Source of the DNA: Eledone cirrhosa
Lineage: Eukaryota
Assembly: GCA_964016885.1 (NCBI GenBank)
Contig: OZ024744.1
Location: 85,126,001-85,190,000, forward strand
DNA: 64,000 nt
Reading direction: 5' to 3'
The position numbers were made by a program, and so were the translations under genes. This document shows, piece by piece, positions 50,003 to 63,640 of this stretch. Within the stretch, counting starts at the first letter, position 1; each line of letters opens with the position of its first letter. The notes beneath the pieces are model-generated. The model was not told the origin of the DNA. It searched no databases and was given only the letters and a program-made list of their open reading frames with translations.

Positions 50003-51500
50003 GGGGAGGAGGAGGGGGAGGGGGAGGAGAAGAAGAAGAAGGAGGAGGAGGAGGAGGAGGAGGAGGAGGAAGATGGTAGAGATGATGATGATGACAATGA
50101 TGATGGTGATGACAATCATGGTGATGGTGATGGTGATGATGATGATGATGATGATGATGATAATGAGGAGGAGGAGGGCGATGATGATAACGAGGGTGAC
50201 CCCGACGACGACTACGACGACGACTATGATGATTGAATTAATTTGTGTAATTTATGTTCAAATCCCGCCGAGGTTAACTTTGCTTTTCATCCTTACGGGG
50301 TCGATAAAATAAAGTACCAGTAATGCACTGGGGTCGATTCAATCGACTTTCTTCTTCCCTTCAAATTACTGCCCTGGTGCCAAATATAGAAACAACTATT
50401 TCTAACCGAAGAAGGACGGTGAATTGGTATCATCGGTAGAGCGTCGGACAATATGTTTTGTGGCATACAGGTACGTCCCTTTACGGTCTGAGTTGCAATC
50501 TCGCCGAAGTTATCTTAGTCGTTCTTCCTTATGGGGTCGATAAAATAAAGTAGCCGTAACGTTCTAGGGATCTATTCAAGCGACTCACCTACCCGCCTTC
50601 CTTCTTCAAATTCTTGGTCTGGTGCCAAATATAGAAACAACTATTTCTAACCAAAAAAGAAGCGGTGGATTGGCTGTATCGGTAGAGCGTCGGACAACAT
50701 GTTTTGTGACATAGAGTTACGTCCCTTTACGTTCCGAGTTCCAATCTCTCCGAGGTTAGTTTTGCCTTTCATCCTTACTGGATCGATAAAACAAAGTACC
50801 AGTAATACACTGGAATCGATTCAATAGACTTTCATAGCCCCCCACACACACACACATACTAAAAAAAAAATAAATAAAAAAAAAAATAAATAAATAAAAT
50901 AAAATGAAATAAAAAATTATAAAAAAAAAAAAAATAAAATAATTGTTGGCTTTGTAACTAAATCAGAAACTATTATTTCTTACCGAAGAAGGACGGTGAA
51001 TTGGCAGTATCGGAAGAGGTTCAGACGCCATGCTTTGCAGCTTAGGGTTACGGCCCTTTATGATCTGAGTTCAAATCTCGCCGAGGTTAACTTTGCCTTT
51101 CATCCTAACGGGGTCGATAAAATAAAGTACCAGTAACGCTCTGGTGTCGATTTAATCGACTTTCTTCTTCCCTTCAAATTACTGGCCTTGTGCCTACATA
51201 AGAAACTATTATTTCTTACTGAAGAAGGACGGTAAATTGGTAGTATCGGAAGAGCGTCGGACAACATGTTTTCTGGCTTATAATTATACTCCTTTAGGTT
51301 CTGAGTTCAAATCCTACCGAGGTTTACTTTACCTTTCAGCCTTACGGGGTCAATGAAATAAAGTACCAGTAACGCTCTGGTGTCGATTTAATCGACTTTG
51401 CTGCATTCCTTCAAAATACCTTGCAATATTTGCTCCGACTGTCAGTTCTTTAAGTTCAGTTTTGCCTGTCATCCATATAGGGTCAATAAAAATATCACCA
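49790..51500 (+). repeat. Head-to-tail cluster of SINE A long-variant copies
   Basis: Heads at ~50413, ~50661, ~50991, ~51227 plus partial copies at ~49790, ~50255 and ~51440. Confidence 0.85.
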
Positions 51501-51804
51501 GATGAGAGCAATGGATTGTGAGAGTGTCGGATGAGATACCATATGATATTTCCGGATTTTTAAGCTCTGAGTCTTAAACATGCTGTGGCCTATTTGGGAT
51601 GGAAATTTAAACTCATTGTCCGACTGGATGTTTTCCTAACACACACACACACACACACATTTTGATGGCTGCAAACTCTGCTAAGAGTATTGCAATCGTT
51701 TGTCAAATTACAGAAAATGGTGCACTTTTAGGCTACAGTCAACCACACGAACCTGTAAAAGATCATGAACAAGCAATGCCTGAGGGGAAAGGCCTTGCAC
51801 TCGA

Positions 51805-52127
51805 TCAATCCCACTCTCTGAGCATCGAAAACACTATCCGAAAAGGAAAACTGGTTAACATCATCGGATGCTTCCGAAGCCGCAGGTTTTTTTCTCCAGA
51901 GTTTCCCTCTCCCAGGTAAAAAAAAAAAATACTATTTGGATGGCCGATGACTCTGCTGAGTTCCTCCGCCATTCGCCAGGTTTTGTATTTCATCCCCCGC
52001 GGGGTGTCCAGATACCACCCTCCACACCAAGCAGGCTTCGTGGGGTAGCCGGTTTAGTCGCCGACGACCCGACTATGAGACAGGTTGCACTGGGTTACAT
52101 GTTACCAGTAACACTCGAGAGTGACCT
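51805..52127 (-). mobile_element. Family Y copy
   Basis: Joins the segments seen separately at 2484-2570 and 12164-12352. Confidence 0.65.
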
Positions 52128-52365
52128 GACACATTCATACAAATATACATACACACACACGTACTCACACGTACTCACACACCCACGTGTATGTGTGTTG
52201 TCTTATACTCTATTGTCAGGCTATTAATCTTTCGGAAATTATTTTCCCGTTGAATTCTATGTGGTATGTTAATGTTATCAACTAAGGTTTTCCTAGCTTT
52301 CGTTTTTTTTTTCGTTTACCGTCTCTAAGGGTATTTTACCCGATGTCCTAATGTTATTATTATTG

Positions 52366-52550
52366 AGGGCGGTGAATTGGCAGTATCAGTAGAGGGTCGG
52401 ACATACTTTCCAGCATAGTTACGTCCCTTTACGATCTGAGTTCAAATCCCGCTGAGGTTGACTTTGCCTTTCATCCTTACGGGGTCGATAAAATAAAGTA
52501 CCAGTAATGCACTGGGTAATTGCTGACCTTGTGCCAATAGTAGAAACAGT
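52366..52550 (+). mobile_element. SINE family A
   Basis: TSD TTATTATTATTGA. Confidence 0.9.
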
Positions 52551-52629
52551 TATTATTATTGAAGCGTCTCTATGTTTGGATATTAACATTTTCGAATTTC
52601 TTTTATTCATCTTAAGTTGTTAAAGGCTG

Positions 52630-52748
52630 AAGGCGCGAGGCTGAGTGGTTAGAGAATTGGATTCGCAATCGTGAGGTTATGAGTTCGATTCATGGACCGG
52701 GCGATACATTATGTCCTTGAGCAAGACACTTTATTTCATGTTGCTCCT
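52630..52748 (+). mobile_element. SINE family B head/core
   Basis: GGCGCGAGGCTGAGTGGTTAGAG...GAGTTCGATTC...TGTCCTTGAGCAAGACAC. Confidence 0.75.
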
Positions 52749-52861
52749 TCTACCTGGAATTGCGACCGATAGATAGTATTTGCAATTGAAAAAACAAACG
52801 GAAACATTGTTTCCTCGGTTCGATTTGACGAAAGTCGATCGATCTTCCTTTCTAAGTTGTT

Positions 52862-53086
52862 AATATAATGGTTTCTGGTTTAAGCACAAGGCCAACAATT
52901 TCGGGGAGGAGGAGGATTTCGATTAAATCGACCCTTATGCGTTACTAGTACTTTATTTAAGACTCCTTAAGGATGAAAGGTAAAGCGAACCTCGGCGGGA
53001 TTTGAAATCAGAAGGTAAAGCACCGTAACTCTATGTCACGAAGCATGGTGTTCTCCGCTCTACTGATACTGCCAATCCACCGCCCT
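52862..53086 (-). mobile_element. SINE family A long variant
   Basis: Reverse complement match. Confidence 0.8.
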
Positions 53087-53162
53087 TGTTGATATAATAA
53101 ATAGTTGTTAATATAATAAACAAACAAATAACTGGTTAATAAAATATACATATATATACATA

Positions 53163-53202
<40 letters not shown>

Positions 53203-53330
53203 TACGGGGCATGGCAAAATAATCTGACTTTCGCGAACGCCTTCGACAGTGTGGGGACAATAACGGCGGCCATTTGGTTGGTGTAATATTTAAAACAAAA
53301 TAAAACAAAATGGCATTATATGTATATTTA

Positions 53331-53516
53331 GGGCGGTGAATTGGCAGTATCGGTAGAGGGTCGGGCGCCATGCTTTGCAGCACATTTACGTCCCTTTACG
53401 GACTGAGTTCAAATCCCGCCGAGGTTAACTTTGCCTTTCATCCTTACGGGGTCGATAAAATAAAGTACCAGTAATACACTGGGATAATTGCTGGCCTTGT
53501 GCCAAAAGTAGAAACA
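53331..53516 (+). mobile_element. SINE family A
   Basis: TSD ATTATATGTATATTTAG. Confidence 0.92.
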
Positions 53517-53615
53517 ATTATATGTATATTTAGAAAATAAAAATACTTTGTTCATTCTTTATTCTATTTTGCTTTTATTAAACGTACAAATGTATCATAT
53601 CATTTTGTCGTACCC

Positions 53616-53657
<42 letters not shown>

Positions 53658-53666
53658 CGCGGATGT

Positions 53667-53701
<35 letters not shown>

Positions 53702-53954
53702 ATGTTTCATAATACTTTAGTCGTACTCTACAAGAATGTTATACGTATCTAAGGATGGCTATACATCTTATTGGAACACTTGTAACAAGGGACATGTGTC
53801 CACATAGTAAAGATATGGTTCTTAGAACCCTCTGTATAGTGTAAAGCTATATCTTTGCTGTCCCAGTATTCATGTCAACAGGCACGATACGCGATGGGAT
53901 GCTATAAGCGAATATATATATATATATACACGGAACTAATGAGGACCCCAGGTA

Positions 53955-54210
53955 GGAACACGTGCTCTAGTGGTAAGGGTGTTGGTCTTACGATCACGAT
54001 ATCGTGGGATCGATTCCTGAATTGGATTTCACGTTGCTCCAGTATACTCAGCTGAAAGTGAGTACCAGCAATAGCTGGGTTTTAACCCTGCAATGGACTG
54101 GCGTCCTGTTCAGGGGAGAGTCTTGACCTCTCAGTCGCTTCACGCCATGAAACCGGGATAAGCACCTGGCTAATAAACCTTTTGGCTTAAGACAGAGTTT
54201 AGACTTATTA
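53955..54210 (+). mobile_element. SINE family B-related copy
   Basis: CTAGTGGTAAGGGTGTTGG..TCGATTCCTGAA..CACGTTGCTCCAGTATACTCAG..AGTACCAG matches 17108-17510. Confidence 0.7.
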
Positions 54211-54222
54211 GAATGAGGTACC

Positions 54223-54470
54223 GGCAGATACTCCACGCTGACTATATCTTCAGATTTAAACCTGTGGTCATTGGGGCTTTTGTATATGTTACTAACGGCT
54301 TCAGTAAAAATCTTGAGAATCAAGAAGAGCAAGGCTAAATAGAAAATGATAAATACACCCCCATGAATGGAACTGTAAAAATATGTAAAACATTTCAGAA
54401 ATTCAGCATGTGATAACTGCATATAACTGAAAACATACAGATCCACACATGTAATGACATACATACCTGT
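54223..54470 (+). mobile_element. RLE-type (R4/Dong-like) LINE 3' fragment
   Basis: QILHADYIFRFKPVVIG...GTVKICKTF; second copy at ~57485-57680. Confidence 0.55.
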
Positions 54471-55669
54471 AAACCCACATAACCCCCCCCCCCCACACAC
54501 ACACACACTCCCTCTCTCCCTCTCTCGTTCTCTCTCTCATAATTACTTAGTTGAAGTTAGCTAAATTCCAATGAAATTTCTATGACAGAAACCGGCCTTC
54601 CCTCCACCCCATCTCTGTCTTTCTCTCACTCTCTCTCTCTCTCTATTGGTGAGAAAGAAACACACACATACATTAAATAGAATATAAAACAGATTTCTCT
54701 CCCAAGAACATTAGAAAGCTCGGGATTTTTTTTTTTTTTTTTTTTTTTTCTTTCATAGACCGATAGAGTGCAAAGATTGTATATTGGTATTTGAAACGAA
54801 AAACTTTAACCGTCAGCGGATAAATAGCACCAAAAACCTAAAAACCTGGTATGAAGTCCCAGTAGGTTCATAACATCTCACTTTGAACACCACCTTTGTA
54901 ATCTAGGAATAAGAAATAATCCCCAGTTACCTGCTGCACAAAAGATATAAATCATCAAAGAAAGTAGAAAACTAAGACTGAATTTGTTAGTCACATTGAT
55001 GCCACATCCTAAAGAATGTTTGACGAACGAAATCGAACACCTTTTTTGTTGTTCTTTTATGCATTGGCATATTAATATTCAAACACTTCCGTGTAAATCC
55101 CACCGAATGACAGAACATAAGTAATCCTCACTTATAAAATACATAGGAAAGAGCGGTCATCCCGTTAGTCAGTCTCAGTTTTTTTATAGCAGCAAAATTC
55201 AGTGTGGAATGTTCGGCCACCGTTGGTTCACATGTTAGTTGACTACCACAGCCTGCCATTGGCTAGCTCTTTCTCTGTCTCTGTCTAAATTCTTCACTCA
55301 CATCATTAACTTATCTATCCCCCTTTCCCGCAATTTTCGTTATAAATTCAACATAATTCTTTTATTGATCGATTTTTTTATTCCTATAAATTAACCGAAG
55401 ATGCTAACGTAGTTTCAAATGCAATAGTTGATTAAATAAATAACTTTATTGTAGACAAACGGATGCATTCATTTACTCTGCTCGTTCTTGTCAGAATTAT
55501 AGTCAAAATATAGATAACGGACATGGAAAGGAATTTTGTAATTTCTTCATATTTACAACCATACATACCTTCACCTTTTCATTATTCTTACATCATTTCA
55601 TCATCAGTACTTGTCTGTTTAAAATGTTCTATCATTACTACCGCCCCATAAGACATGTGCAATACTGAG

Positions 55670-55805
55670 AAAGCGCATGGCTTAGTGGTTAGAGCAACCG
55701 AAAGGTTGTAAGTTCGTTTCTCGGACCGGGTGATGTGTTGTGTCCTTGAGCAAGACACTTTATTCACGTTGCTCCAATTTACTCAGCTGTAGAAATGAGT
55801 TGTGA
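55670..55805 (+). mobile_element. SINE family B copy
   Basis: GCATGGCTTAGTGGTTAGAG..TGTCCTTGAGCAAGACACTTT. Confidence 0.75.
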
Positions 55806-55829
55806 TCCTGCCAAATCAATGGGTAGCAG

Positions 55830-56050
55830 TAGTTCTAGCTGCACGCATCCAAAGACTAGTGTAGTGGTTCTGAGAACAATGTGGCTTTGCAGATGATCAA
55901 TGCAAATTGAGTTAGAAGAGAATTATTGACCTTCAGGAGAAGCAACGACCCCTGAAACAAATATGAAGCACACCAAATCCAATGCTGCTAGCAGCCCTGG
56001 TTCTTCTTATTTGAGAGTGTAAACTCGGCCAGATTAGATTAGAATAGAAT
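55830..56050 (+). mobile_element. Retroposon 3'-end family X, copy 3
   Basis: Reverse complement of 11868-12150; (TAGAT)-type tail. Confidence 0.7.
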
Positions 56051-56399
56051 ACTGAGAACTATCTGGAACACACTACAGAAGACGAACATAGAAAGGAATA
56101 TATTGAGATTGATGGCTCAAAGGAATACTGGTGGAACCTAAAAATTTATATATATATAAAAACAAACGGCCACCAAATTAACTCTTTAATGTTCAAACCG
56201 GCCAAAACTGACCAGAATTCTCTACCTCTTTCTGTTGAAACTGGCTGTAACTGGTCACTGCAACTAATGTTAAGGTGTTCTTCTCAAAATAAATACTTTC
56301 AAAATCACATAGATTCGTTATTATATGAGATAATTATGTAAGATAAAGCCTTTACCATGAAAATATAATAGTATATATAGAGTAATGTGAATGCTAAAG

Positions 56400-56580
56400 G
56401 GTTAAAACACAACCAGCATGTTATTGTTGTTTGGGAGCACACATTAAAAACATGCTCTGTTGTAAAGGTCTGCTACCCACTTAATGCCAATGTCGTAAGA
56501 ATAATGAAAGAGAAGGGATATATCTACGGAGCATTGATGAGGAGTTTGCAGATCCGGTATTCAATATATACGTTTAGGTT
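56400..56580 (+). pseudogene. RLE-LINE restriction-like endonuclease fragment
   Basis: NQHVIVVWEHTLKTCSVVKVCYPLNANV...EKGYIYGAL resembles the degenerate R(P)D...D/E.S.P...K..Y RLE motif. Confidence 0.5.
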
Positions 56581-56936
56581 CATCTATATAATACTAAAAG
56601 TATGTGATTGCTTGCTTGCTTGCTTGCTTGTCTGTAATGTAATACAGTTAAAAATGCGCATAATGGGAAAATACTTTGAAAGGAAGTTGACCCTAAAATG
56701 GGAATACAAATAGAATAAAACAAGTTTCGGATAAATCGGACCACGAGTTCCCGAGATATGGGGGTTTTATCCGGGTACATCCATAAACAAAGAGAGATAG
56801 AGGAGAATAGATAATGGTTGTGACAGAGTAGATTGAAAGAGAGACATAGAGAGAAGGAGAGGAGACAGAGAAGGAGAATGGAAGAGGGATAGTGGTGTTA
56901 TTGTTTATATATCTATATATATATATATATGTGTGC

Positions 56937-57003
<67 letters not shown>

Positions 57004-57880
57004 ACTATGACCAGTGCATATATATATATCACAGACACCCACATATATATACACACACACTATATATGTATGTATACACACACACATTTATATATATATA
57101 TACATAAACACATATATATATGGACCTTCCAGTTTCATTTCACATTATATATGTCTGTAGATATTTTAATTATTTAAAAATTATTTTCAAGTTAACATGA
57201 TTTTTAAAGAATATTTTGAAGTGAACGTAACTCGAGTGATCTAGTACCCATTAATATTGGAGCCACGGGTTATATACCAACCGGACTGGATCAAGTATTT
57301 GTGAACGTCGATTGTTGAGAGAAAAAAAAGCGTGGCACTTTAAAAGTTACAAATAGTCACGATATCTAGAACTTTCAAAATCTGTAAAAAAAAAACAACA
57401 AATACCAAAGATTCAAATATGAACGCTTACACAAGAGATGATAAGAAGATTCTTTACAATATTGCCACCGGGAATGAGAAATCTGCAGATACTCCACCCT
57501 GATTATACCTTCAGCTTTATGCCTGTGATTATTGGGGCACTAGGATATGTTAGTAACTGCCTCAATACAAATCTTGAGAAGTACAATCCATTAATGGAAG
57601 AGTAAAAATATGTAAAACATTCCAAAAAAGTTTGCATCTAATAACTGCATATATACATATACAGATGCAAAGCATATACACATGCACACATTCAACTCAA
57701 AACATCCACATCCACACATACAATAACATCCATATCTACACATGCAGACATACATACATATCTACCTAGTTGATGTTGTGTAAATTCCAATGAGAGAGTC
57801 TTGTGTCTATGTTAGAAACCGACTATCTCTCTTTCGCAAAAATTTGTGAAATTATAAAACCAGAAGAACATACATACGTG

Positions 57881-58520
57881 ATGGCTTCTCCCTCGTTATC
57901 GCGTATGGCCATTGCATGTTATAACATTATTAATAATTGTTTCTACTTTAGACACAAGGCCAGCAATTATCCAGTGCATTACTGGTACTTTATTTTATCG
58001 ACCCCGTAAGGCTGAAAGGCAAAGTCAACCTCGGCGGGATTTGAACTCAGATCGTAAAGGGACGTAACTATGCTGGAAAGCATGGCGTCCGACCCTCCAC
58101 CGATACTGCCAATCCACCAATAATCAATTAATGCTACCGTGCAATGCATGTGCGTCAAGATTTTTGTTAAAGTCAGGAAAAACTGTGTACGGAGCCAATC
58201 CCACTCTCTGAGCGACAGATAGAGCAAAAGAAGAAAAGATCAACATAATCGGTAACTGTTGAGCTGCAGGTTTTATGTCGGAGTTATCCCAGTTTCCTGA
58301 GTTGCCTTCTCCTAGAAGAATGCCCTGAAAAAAGCTAAGAGTCCTCCACTCCCAGTGGTTTAACCGCGTGATCGGGTATCCAATCTGATTATTTCTATGT
58401 CCCCGCACATATATACACACATGTATACATGTATATACATGTATATACATACATATGTACATGTGTATATACATATTTACACATTTTTAGATGGTCATTG
58501 ACTTTATGAGTTCTTCCGCT
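57881..58520 (-). mobile_element. Family Y copy with nested SINE A (57932-58118, minus strand)
   Basis: Matches 2351-2666 on both sides of the SINE. Confidence 0.75.
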
Positions 58521-59095
58521 CTTTGTCATACATACATACATGCATACATATATAAATGCATAAATTCATACATACATACATAAATATGTACGTACATACA
58601 TGCATACAAACATACATACATACGCACATACATATATACAGAAATGCATACATACGTACATACATACATATAGGAATGCATACATACATATATACATACA
58701 AACATACATACATATATATATATAAATGCATACATTCATACATACATGCATACATAAATATGTACGTACATACATACATACACACATGCATACATACGCA
58801 CATACATATATACATAAATACATACATACACACATGCATACATACGCACATACATATATACATAAATACATACATACGTACATACATACATATAGGAATG
58901 CATACATACATACATACATACATACATACATACATACATACATACATACACACACACATACAAAAATACAAACATACATACATACAAATGCATAAAAATG
59001 CATACGTAACTATATCAACCACTAACAACAACAGCAATAAAATTACAACAATAATTATAACAACAGCAACAGTAGCTACAACAGCAACAGTAGCT

Positions 59096-59140
<45 letters not shown>

Positions 59141-59225
59141 GCAACGGCATCTGTAGCAACAACAGCATAAACAAACAAAGAGCAAACAGTGCTGTAGCAA
59201 CAACAACAGCAACAACAGCAACAGC

Positions 59226-59293
<68 letters not shown>

Positions 59294-59776
59294 CGATATC
59301 AACAACAACAACAACAAAAAAAAGCGACAACAAAACAACAACAACAACAATAACAACAACAATAACAACAGCAGCAACAGCAACAACAACAACAAGATCA
59401 ACAACAAAAAAGTAAGCAACAACAACAAATCAACAACAACAACAACAAAGGCAACAAAAATAACTAAACAACAACAGAGGCAACAACAAAAAAGTAAGCG
59501 ACAACAAAAGCAACAACATCAACAGGAACAACAGGAACAACTAAAGCAACAACAACACCAACAACAGCATCAACAACAGCAGCAGCAATAACAACAACAA
59601 CAAGATCAACAACAACAAAAAAGTAAGCAACAAGCACAACAAATTATGATGGGAAATAAATTGAAGAATTTAACAAAACTTATGATCAGTCTTACTCATT
59701 CTCTAATTTCATCGGAGCCTATTGATAAAATATTTCAGTTATTCACCCCTCCCCATCTCATCATACACCCTCTCCC

Positions 59777-59858
<82 letters not shown>

Positions 59859-59879
59859 TATGTATATATATATATGTAT

Positions 59880-59940
<61 letters not shown>

Positions 59941-59962
59941 CGTGTGTGTGTGTTTGTGTGTG

Positions 59963-60023
<61 letters not shown>

Positions 60024-60090
60024 TCGATATAAATATATACATATCGATGTATATAATTTATGTGTATATATAATTTATATGTATATATAT

Positions 60091-60162
<72 letters not shown>

Positions 60163-60184
60163 TCGATATAAATATATACATATC

Positions 60185-60246
60185 AAGGGCGGTGCCCCAG
60201 CATGGCCTCAGCCGGATGGCTGAAACAGGTAAAAGAGTAAAAGAGT
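60185..60246 (+). mobile_element. Short retroposon 3' tail with (TAAAAGAG)2 end
   Basis: Absent from the duplicate site at 60020-60065; short TATC duplication. Confidence 0.7.
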
Positions 60247-60267
60247 ATATCGATGTATATAATTTAA

Positions 60268-60309
<42 letters not shown>

Positions 60310-60407
60310 ATATATATATATACTTATATACATGTATGTAAACACATATATATTCCTTCACATAGATAGGCAGATAGATAGATAGTAGACAGACAGACAG
60401 ACAGCTG

Positions 60408-60490
<83 letters not shown>

Positions 60491-60579
60491 GGATAGACAG
60501 ATAGATAGATAGACAAATATATATATTTCTATATTTTGCTTTAATAAGTGCTGTTCAATCAATATAGCCCTAACACAGA

Positions 60580-60656
<77 letters not shown>

Positions 60657-61023
60657 TGTATATATATATGTGTGTGCTGTGTGTATATCTTCTTGTGGGT
60701 TTGCATGTTTAGTATATATATAACTGTGTATATATATATATATATATATACACACAGCACATACATACAATCACAAAGGGACATAAGTGTTCAAAGTAGA
60801 AAATTTTGTGGGAGTTAGAAGAAAGAAAAACAGAATATTCTGGAAAGTAAATTGATTAGAGGGAGAGAGAGAAAGTGGTAGGAGGAGGTAGAGAGACAGG
60901 GGTTGAGGGAGGGGATGGCGGCGATAGATAGAGGCGGGAGAGAGGGGGGCAAGATCGAGAGAGGAAGAGAGAAAGTGACTGATTGAAAACCCGAATTTTA
61001 TAAATCTATCTAACTATCTGCCT

Positions 61024-61070
<47 letters not shown>

Positions 61071-61098
61071 ATATGTACATGTGTGTGTATATATAAAA

Positions 61099-61140
<42 letters not shown>

Positions 61141-61142
61141 TG

Positions 61143-61199
<57 letters not shown>

Positions 61200-61202
61200 C
61201 AA

Positions 61203-61248
<46 letters not shown>

Positions 61249-61253
61249 ATATA

Positions 61254-61330
<77 letters not shown>

Positions 61331-61386
61331 ATATATATATATACGTAAATGTATTCATAAACATTTATATTTAGGGAGGGTCATGG

Positions 61387-61439
<53 letters not shown>

Positions 61440-61793
61440 TCTACACACATACCTACATATATATATATATATATATAAACACACACACACACATACAAAC
61501 ACAAGCAACCACACAGCCATAATTATACGTAATGCCTCATCTCTTTGTATTCTCCTTTTGCCTTCTATATGCACACACATTTCCATATAATTATATGTGT
61601 GTGTGTGTGTATGTGTGTATGTGTATATGTGTGTATATGTGTTTCTATGTATGTATATGTAACTATATCTGTCCGTAACTATATCCCTATTTCTTACCCC
61701 TTTCACCTCGTTTCGTATGCTTGTTCATTTTTGGAGGATTTTATTATTTTGTAGTTTTTTTTTTTTTTTTTTTTGTGGCATTTCATAATTTAT

Positions 61794-61826
<33 letters not shown>

Positions 61827-61883
61827 CATGCATACAAATATATATATATTTATATATATGGATTTTGGGGGTATTTCTTTTGC

Positions 61884-61976
<93 letters not shown>

Positions 61977-62093
61977 TATAGATTTTTTTGGTATTTTCTT
62001 GCCTATATATATATTTATATATATATATATATATATATAGGCAAGAAAATACCAAAAATAATCTATATAAATATATATATATATATATATAAA

Positions 62094-62124
<31 letters not shown>

Positions 62125-62486
62125 TTTCTTTTTCCTTTTCCTCATCCCGCTTTTTTCTCCCGCCATGACAGACTGAGACATGAGGAGAATGGCGTTGCTC
62201 TAACGCCATCTTATGCCAATCGCTTCCTCAAAAGATTGCCATGTCTGTTGTACGCCGTGCGGATATTTAATGGTGTAGTTAGTCTTATTTTTGCAACAGA
62301 GAGCTCCACTTTCAACCTACTCTTACATTCAATTCAAATGCTGGTGAAATGACATCACAAAAGACCGCTTCGCTATGGGCATGAATCGGTCTTGATGAGC
62401 CGGTATCACAGCCGCGTCGGTTTACGTTTCTATACGGTTATATTATATTATATGTTTTATATATCTCGTATGGACTGGTTCCCAAC

Positions 62487-62533
<47 letters not shown>

Positions 62534-62536
62534 ATG

Positions 62537-62568
<32 letters not shown>

Positions 62569-62666
62569 TGTATGTATGTATGTATGTATGTATGTATGTA
62601 TGTATGTATTTATGTATGTATGTATGTATGTATGTATTTATTTATGTAGGTTAGTACGTATAAATG

Positions 62667-62728
<62 letters not shown>

Positions 62729-62746
62729 AATGTGTGTGTATATATA

Positions 62747-62810
<64 letters not shown>

Positions 62811-62834
62811 TATATATATATATACGTATATATA

Positions 62835-62893
<59 letters not shown>

Positions 62894-62894
62894 T

Positions 62895-62947
<53 letters not shown>

Positions 62948-62970
62948 GTAAATATATATATACACACATT

Positions 62971-63034
<64 letters not shown>

Positions 63035-63054
63035 TATATATATATATACGTATA

Positions 63055-63135
<81 letters not shown>

Positions 63136-63303
63136 TGTACAATGAGCGCCTTGATAAAGTCAGATAGACAAAGATTGATATAGCTAAAGCATCTACACAC
63201 ATATATATTTACACACACGCGCATATATATACACATATATATATATATATACATACATATATATTTAGATGTATAATTACATACATACATACATACATGC
63301 ATG

Positions 63304-63335
<32 letters not shown>

Positions 63336-63380
63336 CATACATTCATACATTGTTACACACATACATACACACATACATAC

Positions 63381-63411
<31 letters not shown>

Positions 63412-63464
63412 CATACATACATACATACATACATACATACATACATACATACATACATGCATAC

Positions 63465-63640
63465 ATTGTGGCTGCCACTAGTTTTCGAGTACGACCACTA
63501 CTTTATATCCATGTAGGAAAACCCCTACCGATGCGCTGAACGAGTGTGACTTTTTAGTCCAGCTAGCGACTTGAAAACTCTGGTACAAACACTACACTTG
63601 TGACAATTATTGACAAATAGTGCTGGGCCCATGGTACCAT
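63465..63640 (-). mobile_element. RTE-type LINE 3' end with terminal C2H2-like finger
   Basis: HKCSVCTRVFKSLAGLKSHTRSAHR* followed by a short 3'UTR and (TATG)n. Confidence 0.6.

Noticed and set aside
63525-63610. C2H2 zinc-finger gene exon
   Set aside because: A single finger followed by a stop, a short UTR and a microsatellite tail fits an RTE-LINE C-terminus; there is no TGEKP linker or finger array
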